IMG/VR virus record: IMGVR_UViG_3300033109_000080
Reading direction: 5' to 3' (one strand)
DNA: 35,216 nucleotides
Source: a virus
Of this stretch, positions 14,084-21,550 are shown piece after piece; within the stretch, counting starts at the first letter, position 1; each line of letters begins with the position of its first letter. A program made the position numbers and the translations under genes. A model generated the notes under the pieces. The model did not search any database and was not told the DNA's origin. It saw only the letters and a list, made by a program, of their open reading frames with translations.

Positions 14084-16756
14084 GTGCGAGCCATCTCCGC
14101 TGCCCAGGCGCCCTACCTCGCCACGCCCGCGCGGAGCGCCCTCGCCAGGGTGCTGGTGAAGGACGCCGGCGGCACGTGGAGGGACTTGACGAGCTACCCG
14201 GGCTACGACGCCGTGAAGGCCGTTGAGTGGGGCGAGGACATCGACTCGAACGGCATGCAGGCCACCATCCGCCTCGTGCGCGCGATGGGGAATCGCAGCC
14301 TCGCGCCGCTCGTCTATGGTTCGCCTGTCAACAAAGGCTTCGCGCCGGCGGGGAGCTGGTCACCTGTGGTGTACCCGACGCGCGAGGTCAAGATCGACTG
14401 GACCCTCGTCGTCGCCGGCGCCCTCCCGCTCTCCCTGGGCACCGATCCGACGAACACCTGGGTCACCGGCTTCCATGGCTACATCGACCGGGTCGAGACC
14501 TCGCCGGACGAGGTGACGGTGCAGGCCCGAGGCCTCGAGGCGCGCCTGATGGCCCCGAAGGGCGTCTTTCGCCGGGAGAAGGTCTTCTCCTACGCCCAGG
14601 GCAGCGGCGCCAACTCGCGCGGAGTGCGCCTCTTCGAGGTCTCGACGGCCTACGTGTTGAACGAGCTCGTCGCGCCCTCGAGCGAGGCCCTCAACGACCA
14701 CTGGTACAAGGTCACCACCGCGGGCACCACCGCGGCGACGGAGCCCACCTGGCCCACCGGCTCAGGCAGCACCGTGACGAGCGGCACCTGCACCTTCACC
14801 GAGCAGGGCTCCGGGAGCGCGAGCGCAGGCACCGCGGTCGAAACGGTGATGCAGGCCCTCCTCGACGACGTGCTCGGCGCCGGCGTCGTGTCGCTGTCGA
14901 CTCCGAGCTCGCCGAGCTGGGCCGTCACCTGGTGGCTCCAGAAGCGGGTGCCTCTCTGGGACGCGCTCCGCATGCTCGCGGACCAGATCGGCTGGGATCT
15001 CCGCTACCGCTGGGACGCGGGCAGCTCGAGCTTCAAGCTCACCTTCGCGGCAGTCCCCCGCTCGAAGACGACCCCCGACTACACCTTCGCCCCGGGTGAG
15101 CAGCTCCAGCTCGAGCCGCTGGCTGTCGATGCGACGGGCATCCGCAACGTCGTGCAGGTCGTCTACTCCGACAACGCCGACCTCGACGCAGAGCACGTGG
15201 CGAAGCGCAAGACGGTGACGGTGAGCGACTCCGCGAGCATCGCGGACCTGGGCGAGCAGTGGATGGAGCTCGCCGAGGACTCGAGCTCGAACATCGGCAG
15301 CACGAGCGAGGCGACGGCGATGGCGAACGCCATCCTCTCGGATCTGGCGGCGCCGGCGGCGGAGTGGGGCGGCACCACCCTCTTCTTCCCCTGGGTCGAG
15401 CTCTCGGATCTGCTGCAGCTCGACCCGAGCAACGTCGCCGGGGAGTGGGTGGGGCTCACCGACGCCTCGCAGAAGCTGGCCGTCACCTCCTGGAAGCACG
15501 CCATCACCCAGACGACGGCCCGGACGAGCTTCGCCCTGCGAGGCAAGCCGGCCTCCGGGGCCAATCGCTGGCTCGGGCGCGACAGCTCGACCCTGCGACA
15601 GGACGACAACCACCAGCTTCAGACGCTCACCGCGGCGGCCGCGGCGAGCATCTCGGCCACCGAGGTAGTCGGCGGCACGCGGCTCTTCGAGGTGGGGAAC
15701 GGCATCGGCGGCCGCTCGAGGGAGCGGAAGACGGAGTGGCACGTCTCGGCGGCCTCGGGCTTCACCCCGGACTCGACGACTCTGCGGGGCCGCGGCTCGC
15801 ACTGCACCGTCGGCGACCTGATCCCGGGTGAGACCTACTACCTGCGGCGGGTCGGGGCCGAATCGAACTCGGAGCGGAAGGTCATCAGCCTGCCTTCCCC
15901 GCAGACCTCCTTCGTCGCCGGCCGTGCCTCGGCCGGGCACCTCAACAGCGACGTGATGGTCGGGCGGCTGCCGCTCAACGGTGGCTTCGAGACGCTCCTG
16001 CAGGCGGCGGCGGTGGGCCCTCCCGATCACTGGTCCGTTGTCGATGGGGCATGGAACGACGACCTGCAGGTCATCTCTGACGCCAACGGCCACAGCGGAG
16101 CGAACTGGCTGAAGTTCGTCGCGAAGACTCACGCGCAGTCGATCCACTCCGACTACTTCCATGTCGAAGCCGGCCACATCTACTCGCTGCGGGCATGGGG
16201 GAAGGGCGTCAGCGGCACCTCGAAGCTGCTCAACGTCGTGATCGAGTGGTTCACGAACGCCAAGGCCTCGGAGTCCACCAGCGCCACGCTCGTGCAGTTC
16301 GACTGCTCCACGACGACCTGGAGCGAGAAGCGCGCCTTCGTCACCGCCCCCTCGAGCGCGCGCTTCGGCCGGGCGAAGATCGCGAAGGCGACCGCGACCG
16401 ACGATGCCTCGTGGGGAATCGACTCGGTGGCTGTCGAGGACTGTGGAGAGGCCTTCATCGCCCCCACGCTCCTCAACTCGTGGCTCGACTACGGCTCGTC
16501 GAACGACCCCACCGGCTACCGGGGAGAGGCCGGCGGGAGGGTCCGCATTCGGGGCTGCGTGAAGTCCGGGACGGTCGGCGCCGGCACCCCGGTCTTCCAG
16601 TTGCCGGCCGCGTACCGCCCCGCCAAGAACAAGAGCTTCGACATCCCCACCGACACCGGGCGAGGCGTGCTCAACGTTCTCTCGGGCGGCAACGTGGAGA
16701 TCGCGAGCGGCGGCAACGGCTGGGCGTACATCGACTGCGCCTTCAACGTCTGGTGA
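14084..16756 (+). CDS. Tail tip / host-specificity (receptor-binding) protein with C-terminal carbohydrate-binding-like modules
   Basis: 890 aa and the last structural ORF. The segment NGGFETLL...HWSVVDGAWN...GANWLKFVA...YSLRAWGKG...IDSVAVED resembles CBM4/9-type jelly rolls. The final 100 aa or so (LLNSWLDYG...VRIRGCVKSG...FQLPAAYRP...) resemble fibre-tip knobs. Confidence 0.65.
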   Translation: MRAISAAQAPYLATPARSALARVLVKDAGGTWRDLTSYPGYDAVKAVEWGEDIDSNGMQATIRLVRAMGNRSLAPLVYGSPVNKGFAPAGSWSPVVYPTREVKIDWTLVVAGALPLSLGTDPTNTWVTGFHGYIDRVETSPDEVTVQARGLEARLMAPKGVFRREKVFSYAQGSGANSRGVRLFEVSTAYVLNELVAPSSEALNDHWYKVTTAGTTAATEPTWPTGSGSTVTSGTCTFTEQGSGSASAGTAVETVMQALLDDVLGAGVVSLSTPSSPSWAVTWWLQKRVPLWDALRMLADQIGWDLRYRWDAGSSSFKLTFAAVPRSKTTPDYTFAPGEQLQLEPLAVDATGIRNVVQVVYSDNADLDAEHVAKRKTVTVSDSASIADLGEQWMELAEDSSSNIGSTSEATAMANAILSDLAAPAAEWGGTTLFFPWVELSDLLQLDPSNVAGEWVGLTDASQKLAVTSWKHAITQTTARTSFALRGKPASGANRWLGRDSSTLRQDDNHQLQTLTAAAAASISATEVVGGTRLFEVGNGIGGRSRERKTEWHVSAASGFTPDSTTLRGRGSHCTVGDLIPGETYYLRRVGAESNSERKVISLPSPQTSFVAGRASAGHLNSDVMVGRLPLNGGFETLLQAAAVGPPDHWSVVDGAWNDDLQVISDANGHSGANWLKFVAKTHAQSIHSDYFHVEAGHIYSLRAWGKGVSGTSKLLNVVIEWFTNAKASESTSATLVQFDCSTTTWSEKRAFVTAPSSARFGRAKIAKATATDDASWGIDSVAVEDCGEAFIAPTLLNSWLDYGSSNDPTGYRGEAGGRVRIRGCVKSGTVGAGTPVFQLPAAYRPAKNKSFDIPTDTGRGVLNVLSGGNVEIASGGNGWAYIDCAFNVW

Positions 16757-16758
16757 GC

Positions 16759-16776
16759 CGGGTGAAAGCCTCGCGG
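16759..16776 (+). promoter_or_regulatory. Conserved late-module leader element, copy 3 (CGGGTGAAAGCCTCGCGG, 3' half diverged)
   Basis: Starts 3 nt after the fibre stop codon. The GTG start of the next ORF is 31 nt from the element start, with no SD. Confidence 0.6.
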
Positions 16777-16789
16777 CAGCCTCGCAGGC

Positions 16790-17065
16790 GTGCTGGCCAC
16801 CTTCCTCCTCGCGCAGATCAGCGGCACGGCCGAGGTCGCCGAGGGCCTCGCCCGGAATCCCCTCGCCTGGGGATGCGCGCTCGCCGGAGCCGCCGTCGCC
16901 TACCTCTTCAAGGCGCTGCTCGCCGAGCAGCGAGCGCACCTCGAGACGGTGCGAGCGGGTGCATCGCAGCAACGGGAGATCCTCCAGCAGATCGTGCCCC
17001 TGGCCTCGAAGCTGACGGAGGCCGTGGACACGCTCGAGCGCGTCACCGACAGGGAGGCTGCCTGA
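16790..17065 (+). CDS. Small membrane protein, holin candidate
   Basis: 91 aa with a hydrophobic stretch, NPLAWGCALAGAAVAYLFKALL, followed by a charged coiled tail. First gene after the tail fibre. Functional call is by position only. Confidence 0.35.
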   Translation: MLATFLLAQISGTAEVAEGLARNPLAWGCALAGAAVAYLFKALLAEQRAHLETVRAGASQQREILQQIVPLASKLTEAVDTLERVTDREAA

Positions 17066-17241
17066 TGACCCGCAAGAAGCGCCAGGAGATCCACCGCGAG
17101 GCCGATCTCACCCAGAAGGCCACGGCAGCAATGCGCGCGGAGCTCGACCAGGCTGCGCGGCGCCTCGACGAGGTTCTCGCGAAGCTGAAGCGCCGGGCGG
17201 CGGAGGGGCGCCCGCTCCTGCGCCTGGCGAGGGACACGTGA
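17065..17241 (+). CDS. Hypothetical small coiled-coil protein (58 aa)
   Basis: The ATG at 17065 overlaps the previous TGA. Basic and helical. Confidence 0.4.
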   Translation: MTRKKRQEIHREADLTQKATAAMRAELDQAARRLDEVLAKLKRRAAEGRPLLRLARDT

Positions 17242-17441
17242 GCCCCGAGCACCCTGGCGTACCTGTCGAGCCGAAGAACTCCCCCGAGCTCGAGGAGCTG
17301 CTCTCGGAGATCGAGAAGATCCGCGACCCTCATCGCCGCCGGACCGCCCGCGCGAAGCTGATGGCGCGCGTCGGGCGCTGGGTGGTGCGCCACGGCCCGG
17401 CATCGGACCTCTCGTCTGCGCGGCCGAAGGACGTGCCGTGA
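17238..17441 (+). CDS. Hypothetical protein (67 aa)
   Basis: GTGA overlap on both sides. Confidence 0.4.
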   Translation: MSPEHPGVPVEPKNSPELEELLSEIEKIRDPHRRRTARAKLMARVGRWVVRHGPASDLSSARPKDVP

Positions 17442-17659
17442 GCGCGGACGCCGTCCACCACCCACCCCACTACACCCAGGGCGCGGTGGAGTGCATCGAC
17501 GCGCTCGAGGCGGCCACCACCGGGCTCGTCGGCGTGGAGGCTGTCTGCACCGCGGCGGTCATCAAGTACCTCTGGCGGTGGAAGCGGAAGGGCGGGCTCG
17601 AGGATCTCCAGAAGGCCCGCTGGTACCTCGATCGACTCATCGGAAAGGTGGCCTCTTGA
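17438..17659 (+). CDS. DUF3310-family protein
   Basis: PPHYTQGAVECIDALEAA ... AVIKYLWRWKRKGGLEDLQKARWYLDRLI is the characteristic DUF3310 signature (HY..g.iE.id ... KY..R...K....DL.KA..Yl..L). Confidence 0.75.
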   Translation: MSADAVHHPPHYTQGAVECIDALEAATTGLVGVEAVCTAAVIKYLWRWKRKGGLEDLQKARWYLDRLIGKVAS

Positions 17660-18201
17660 CGCCCGCCAACCCGCGCCTCGCCCCCAACATCGTCCTCCGC
17701 AACCGCCTGGGCGAGCGGAGCTCGGCTGCGCTGCTCAAGGTCGTCGAGCAGTTCCACGTCGAGACCTCGGAGCGCTACCGCATCCGCGACACCAGCGGCG
17801 ACGGGGTCCCCGACACCTTCTGCAACATCTTCGCGAGCGACGTCATGGGGGCCCTCGACGTCGCCCTGCCTCACGAGATCGACGGCTTCGGCGACCCGGC
17901 CGCCCCGCTGAAGGGGCACGAGCTCTCGGCCAACGCCACCGTCGCCTGGCTGCGCATGCACGGGCCCCGGTTCGGCTGGCGCGCCGCGACGGAGCTGGTC
18001 GCCCGCGAGGCCGCGCTCGCCGGTCGCCCGGCGGTGGTGACGTACGATCCCGGCCCGGGTCGCATCGGCCACATCGCCGTGCTCGTCCCGGGGCCCATCA
18101 CCACGATCGCCCAGGCCGGCCGGCAGAACTTCTCCTACGGTCCGCTGATCAAGGGTTTCGGCTCGCTCATCCCGAAGTGCGAGTTCTGGATCAACGACTG
18201 A
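17656..18201 (+). CDS. Putative cell-wall hydrolase (papain-like Cys/His amidase-peptidase), endolysin candidate
   Basis: Cys in TFCNIFASDVMG and His in GRIGHIAVLVPGP are spaced as in CHAP/NlpC-P60/Tae-like amidases. No other lysin candidate is present. The start is tentatively the TTG at 17656 (TTGA overlap), since there is no in-frame ATG or GTG before 17845. Confidence 0.45.
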   Translation: MTPANPRLAPNIVLRNRLGERSSAALLKVVEQFHVETSERYRIRDTSGDGVPDTFCNIFASDVMGALDVALPHEIDGFGDPAAPLKGHELSANATVAWLRMHGPRFGWRAATELVAREAALAGRPAVVTYDPGPGRIGHIAVLVPGPITTIAQAGRQNFSYGPLIKGFGSLIPKCEFWIND

Positions 18202-18719
18202 TGCTCCGCGAGCCGCCGGCGTGGGCTCGGTGGCTGGCGCTCGCGCTGCTCGTGCTCGCCGCCTTCTCCGCCGGGCGCTTCTCCGCGCCGCTCCAGGTCG
18301 AGGAGCGCACGCAGGTGCAGCTCGTCTACCGAGATCGAGTCGTCGAGAAGCGCGTCGAGCTCGCCGCCCGGGTGGAGACGCGGGTGGTGTACCGGGACCG
18401 GGTCGTGACGCCCGACGGCACGGTGACGGAGCACGAACTCGAGCGCTCCGGCGCCGCCACCACCGTCGCCGCGGCTGAGGTCCGGGAGGTGGTGCGAGAG
18501 GTCGAGAAGCGGGTGGGGGTCGAGAAGCGCATTGAGCTGCGCCCGGACTGGCGCATCTCGGTGAGCGCTGGTGCGAGCCTCCAGCGGCCCACCCTGCCGC
18601 TCGCGGGGCCCCTGGTGGTGGGCCTCGAGGTGGACCGGCGGATCGCCGGCGGGGTGTCAGCCGGGCTGTGGCTCTCGACGTCGGGGGCAGCGGGCGCCGC
18701 GGTGGCGTTCGAGTTCTGA
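18201..18719 (+). CDS. Membrane-anchored protein (N-terminal signal-anchor), spanin-like candidate
   Basis: The ATG at 18201 overlaps the TGA. TM segment WARWLALALLVLAAFSAG. Internal repeat VYRDRVV x2. Gly/Ala-rich C-terminus ending AVAFEF. Confidence 0.5.
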   Translation: MLREPPAWARWLALALLVLAAFSAGRFSAPLQVEERTQVQLVYRDRVVEKRVELAARVETRVVYRDRVVTPDGTVTEHELERSGAATTVAAAEVREVVREVEKRVGVEKRIELRPDWRISVSAGASLQRPTLPLAGPLVVGLEVDRRIAGGVSAGLWLSTSGAAGAAVAFEF

Positions 18720-18732
18720 GCGAGGAGGCAGC

Positions 18733-19074
18733 ATGCACTACAAGGACGGGCAGAAGGCGGAGCTGGGCGACCTGGTGAAGGGGCGGCCCTACAACACCCC
18801 GCGGGAGGTCGTGGGCGAGGTGCTCGGGCTCATCCCCGGCGTCTCGGCCTGCAACCTCCGGGTGGGCTTCCTCGAGGCGCGCCGCCTGGAGCGGGCCCCG
18901 GACGGCTCCATGGTGCTCCGGGCGGGCCAGCTCGAGCGTCCGCGGATGGCGCTGGGCGGGCATGATCTCTGGAGCGGGAGCGCCTCCGAGCTCGAGCCGC
19001 CGGCCGCCTGCTGGACGTCGGTCGACTACGGCTCGACGGCCGAGTTCGAGCTCATCGCCCGCGGCGGCGTCTGA
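18733..19074 (+). CDS. Hypothetical protein (113 aa)
   Basis: SD GAGGAGG (18722-18728) before the ATG at 18733. Confidence 0.6.
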   Translation: MHYKDGQKAELGDLVKGRPYNTPREVVGEVLGLIPGVSACNLRVGFLEARRLERAPDGSMVLRAGQLERPRMALGGHDLWSGSASELEPPAACWTSVDYGSTAEFELIARGGV

Positions 19075-19115
19075 CGAGGACAGCTGGGAAGAGCTCGAGC
19101 GCATCTCGTCCTTGC

Positions 19116-19144
19116 TTGACGGCTGCTCATTGGTGGCGTGGATT
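19116..19144 (+). promoter_or_regulatory. Candidate sigma70-type promoter TTGACG-N17-TGGATT, 6 nt before the ATG at 19151 (a leaderless or near-leaderless transcript)
   Basis: Read directly in a lower-GC stretch. The -10 hexamer is weak (3 of 6). Confidence 0.3.
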
Positions 19145-19150
19145 CTGCGC

Positions 19151-19483
19151 ATGCGACCTCTCGAGATGGCGGTGGTGATGTGCGTGATCAGTGGCTGCGC
19201 TGCCTTGGCCGAAGAGCAGGCTCGGAGGGACGCGGAGCGACGCGAGCAGCTCCTCCGGAATGCCGCCGATTCCCAGGAGCGAGCCCGAAAGCAGAAAGAG
19301 CAGGACGAGCTCAGACGACAGGCATTGGCAGTCGAGTTCGGCGGAGTCGATGCGACCGCAGCTGGGACTTCGACGATCACCGGACAAGCGTTCCTCCGCA
19401 CGCGAGGGGGGGAGGTCAGGACGGCTGCTGGTATGGAGGTGATCATGCTGCTGAAGACGCGCGGCTCTAACTCGCCGACGTAG
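19151..19483 (+). CDS. Lipoprotein (lipobox VISGC) in a lower-GC moron
   Basis: MRPLEMAVVMCVISG|C fits a signal peptide plus lipobox, followed by a charged coiled region. GC is visibly lower than in the flanks. An alternative ATG is at 19166. Confidence 0.6.
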   Translation: MRPLEMAVVMCVISGCAALAEEQARRDAERREQLLRNAADSQERARKQKEQDELRRQALAVEFGGVDATAAGTSTITGQAFLRTRGGEVRTAAGMEVIMLLKTRGSNSPT

Positions 19484-19551
19484 CCGAGCAGCTTCAGCTC
19501 GAGCCAGTCGCCGAAGTCGTAGACGGCTGCGCAGCAGCGGCAGATCTTCAT
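19441..19551 (-). pseudogene. Open-ended zinc-ribbon-like ORF start (MKICRCCAAVYDFGDWLELKLLGYVGE...) lacking a nearby stop; probably a truncated gene remnant
   Basis: The ATG at 19551 overlaps the stop of the upstream minus-strand gene (ATGA). GC3 is high for about 30-37 codons, then the coding signal decays. This frame has no stop until 17470, and it overlaps the 3' end of the lipoprotein gene. Confidence 0.3.
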
Positions 19552-19889
19552 GCGGCCTCCAGCGGGATGACCTCGAGCTCGGCGATGGCGAAGATCTCGG
19601 TGTGCTCCGACCTCTCCCGCGCGGTCCGCTCGAGCGCGATGTAGCGGAACGGGAAGCCGGGCAGGCAGGGGATCTGCACGACGACCCCGCGGCGCCCCTG
19701 ATAGCGGTAGCCGGTCGGATCGCCCGAGTGCCGCCCTCGACGGACGACTCGCACCCGCGTGCCGATATCGAAGCCCAGCGCCGCGACGTTCGCCGCCCTC
19801 ACCGTCTCGCGCTCGGTGCACGCGCGGGTCGCCGCCGCATCCTGCTTGCCGACGTCGATTCCGCCCCAGAAAGGTCCCTTCGCCTTCAT
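19548..19889 (-). CDS. Hypothetical protein (113 aa), the only clear minus-strand gene; candidate lysogeny/immunity-side gene
   Basis: On the minus strand, SD GGGAGAGAAACC precedes the ATG at 19889. It is divergent from the RHH gene across an operator-like region. No DNA-binding motif recognised. Confidence 0.6.
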   Translation of the reverse strand: MKAKGPFWGGIDVGKQDAAATRACTERETVRAANVAALGFDIGTRVRVVRRGRHSGDPTGYRYQGRRGVVVQIPCLPGFPFRYIALERTARERSEHTEIFAIAELEVIPLEAA

Positions 19890-19935
19890 GGTTTCTCTCC
19901 CTCGGGCATCCCGAGAGAAATAATACACGGACTGC

Positions 19936-19970
19936 GTGCCGCTATGCACGTCTTTTGTGCTTGACAGCAC
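19936..19970. promoter_or_regulatory. Two operator-like palindromes GTGC-N6-GCAC (19936-19949 and 19957-19970), centres 21 bp apart
   Basis: Read directly: GTGCcgctatGCAC and GTGCttgacaGCAC. The second one brackets the -35 hexamer of the rightward promoter. Confidence 0.55.
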
Positions 19971-19989
19971 CGGACGCGTGGGCGAGTAT
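19961..19989 (+). promoter_or_regulatory. Candidate promoter TTGACA-N17-GAGTAT, 7 nt upstream of the ATG at 19997 (leaderless RHH mRNA)
   Basis: Perfect -35 hexamer, 17-nt spacer, -10 with 3 of 6 matches. On the opposite strand a TATTAT -10 (complement of 19920-19925) could serve the leftward gene. Confidence 0.45.
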
Positions 19990-19996
19990 CCGGCGC

Positions 19997-20398
19997 ATGT
20001 TGAGCGCAGCCACCGCATCGACTACGAGTGCAGCCGTCCCGACCATCAGGGCGGGCAGGAGGCTGCCGTTCGTGTCGAGGCGTCCGGGTCTGCGCGGTCG
20101 CGGTGCGAAGAGCCGTCTGAACATCACGCTGCCGAAACACCTCCTCGAAGAGGTGGACCGGCTGGTCGATGCTGAGGACGAGGCTTGGTCTCTGCGCGGA
20201 GGCTCGGCGAGCAGCTACGGCCGCAGCGACCTTCTCGAGATGTTCATCGAGTGGGCGATTCCTGAGTGGTACTCGCGCTACGGCGAGCTGCCGCAGAAGT
20301 CGGACCCGCGCCGCCGCGAGTTCATTCGTGGGCTGGCGGAGCAGCATCTCGCCGAGCTGCGCGACGACCTCTTGCGAGAGGTCAACAAGAAGGGCTGA
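19997..20398 (+). CDS. Ribbon-helix-helix (CopG/Arc/MetJ-type) transcriptional regulator
   Basis: SRLNITLPKHLLEEVDRLVD ... RSDLLEMFIEWAI forms a beta-strand/helix/helix RHH pattern. Start chosen at the ATG at 19997 because of the promoter geometry; the ORF track start at 19955 would lie inside the promoter. Confidence 0.65.
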   Translation: MLSAATASTTSAAVPTIRAGRRLPFVSRRPGLRGRGAKSRLNITLPKHLLEEVDRLVDAEDEAWSLRGGSASSYGRSDLLEMFIEWAIPEWYSRYGELPQKSDPRRREFIRGLAEQHLAELRDDLLREVNKKG

Positions 20399-20586
20399 GG
20401 CGGGCCATCAGTGGAGCGTTTGGGAGGGGTCTTGCGGTCGATCTGTCCATGGGTGCTATACGTCCGTTCAGTGGCCCCAACGACAGGGGCCGGGGGCGGT
20501 CTGTATGAGTTGCTGGTGCCGATTCCCACGGCGCGCATGGGGCTGGGAAGTCGAACTCGGTGTGCGGCTGGCACTCGGAGTAGCCG

Positions 20587-20814
20587 ATGACCGTCACCGC
20601 GCTGGAGAACCTCCTCACCCTCGCCGAGACGGCGAAGCTCCTCCGCATCAGCCGGGGAAAGCTCCACGCCCTGGTGCGCGCGGGCGAGCTGAAGGCGGTG
20701 AAGTTCGGCCGCCGCACTCTCTTCCGCGCCGCCAGCGTCGCTGAGTTCGTCGACGCCCACGAGAAGCGGGCCACGCCGGCGCGGGCCCTCGCGCTCATCG
20801 GAGAGAAGCCGTGA
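20587..20814 (+). CDS. Excisionase-family helix-turn-helix DNA-binding protein
   Basis: LLTLAETAKLLRISRGKLHALVRAGELKAVKFGRRTLFRAASVAEFV is the classic excisionase/MerR-like HTH_17 pattern. Confidence 0.78.
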   Translation: MTVTALENLLTLAETAKLLRISRGKLHALVRAGELKAVKFGRRTLFRAASVAEFVDAHEKRATPARALALIGEKP

Positions 20815-21227
20815 AGCCTCGACCGCCCATCAACAAGAAGAGCCTCGCGGGCCGCTGGGTCGTCTCGGAGAACGAGGAGACGTTCGGCTCGAGCCTCTTC
20901 CTCACGAAGGACTCGGCCATCGCGGGGGCCGCGGGCGAGCTCGACCTCGAGCCGGGCGACTCGTTCTTCGTCGCACAGGTGGCGAACTTCGACCGCGTGC
21001 TCAACCTGGGCGACCCGCGCCGGGTGCTCGAGGAGGCGGGTGAGCGTTCCGAGTGCCACGAGTGCGTGTACGACGGGATGGCGAACGCCTTGACGGAGGT
21101 CGAGGGCGCGGCGGACGAGGACCTGAATCGAGTGCTCTCGGCGTGGCTCCGTCGCTGGGGCCTGCATCCGAACCAGCACGGCTACCGCGTCGAGCGCTGC
21201 GAGAAGGCGGAGGTGCCGGTACCATGA
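20811..21227 (+). CDS. Hypothetical protein (138 aa)
   Basis: GTGA overlap with the excisionase-family gene. No motif recognised. Confidence 0.55.
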   Translation: MKPRPPINKKSLAGRWVVSENEETFGSSLFLTKDSAIAGAAGELDLEPGDSFFVAQVANFDRVLNLGDPRRVLEEAGERSECHECVYDGMANALTEVEGAADEDLNRVLSAWLRRWGLHPNQHGYRVERCEKAEVPVP

Positions 21228-21550
21228 AGAGACTCACGCACACGCCGGGGCCGTGGGCCGTCGAGTACGGCCGTCGCGCGAAGTCCGGCGGCCGCACGGT
21301 CCGCGTCATCAGGCCGGGGCCGCTGGGCGGTGGCGCGCTCATCGCCAACGGCATCGTAGGCGGCGGGGACGCGGAATGGATTGAGGGCAACGCGCGTCTC
21401 ATCGCTGCCGCGCCCGACCTGGTCGCGGCGCTCGAGCAGGCGTTCGACGAGCTCCAGGCGGCCGCTGGCGGGCCGCAGGACCAGACTGAAGAAGAGGCCG
21501 CGCTCCTGGCGATGTGCCGCGAGGCGCTCCTGAAGGCGGGGCTTCCGTGA
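21224..21550 (+). CDS. Conserved phage hypothetical protein (THTPGPW ... NARLIAAAPDL pattern)
   Basis: ATGA overlap. The GPW ... eAnArLIAAAPdL motif recurs in small phage early proteins, as far as I recall. Confidence 0.6.
   Translation: MKRLTHTPGPWAVEYGRRAKSGGRTVRVIRPGPLGGGALIANGIVGGGDAEWIEGNARLIAAAPDLVAALEQAFDELQAAAGGPQDQTEEEAALLAMCREALLKAGLP

Noticed and set aside
20569-20584. Sigma54-like TGGCAC...TAGC just before the excisionase-family gene.
   Set aside because: The GG-to-GC spacing is one nucleotide too long. The -12 box would sit only about 3 nt from the ATG, leaving no room for a transcript start and ribosome binding.
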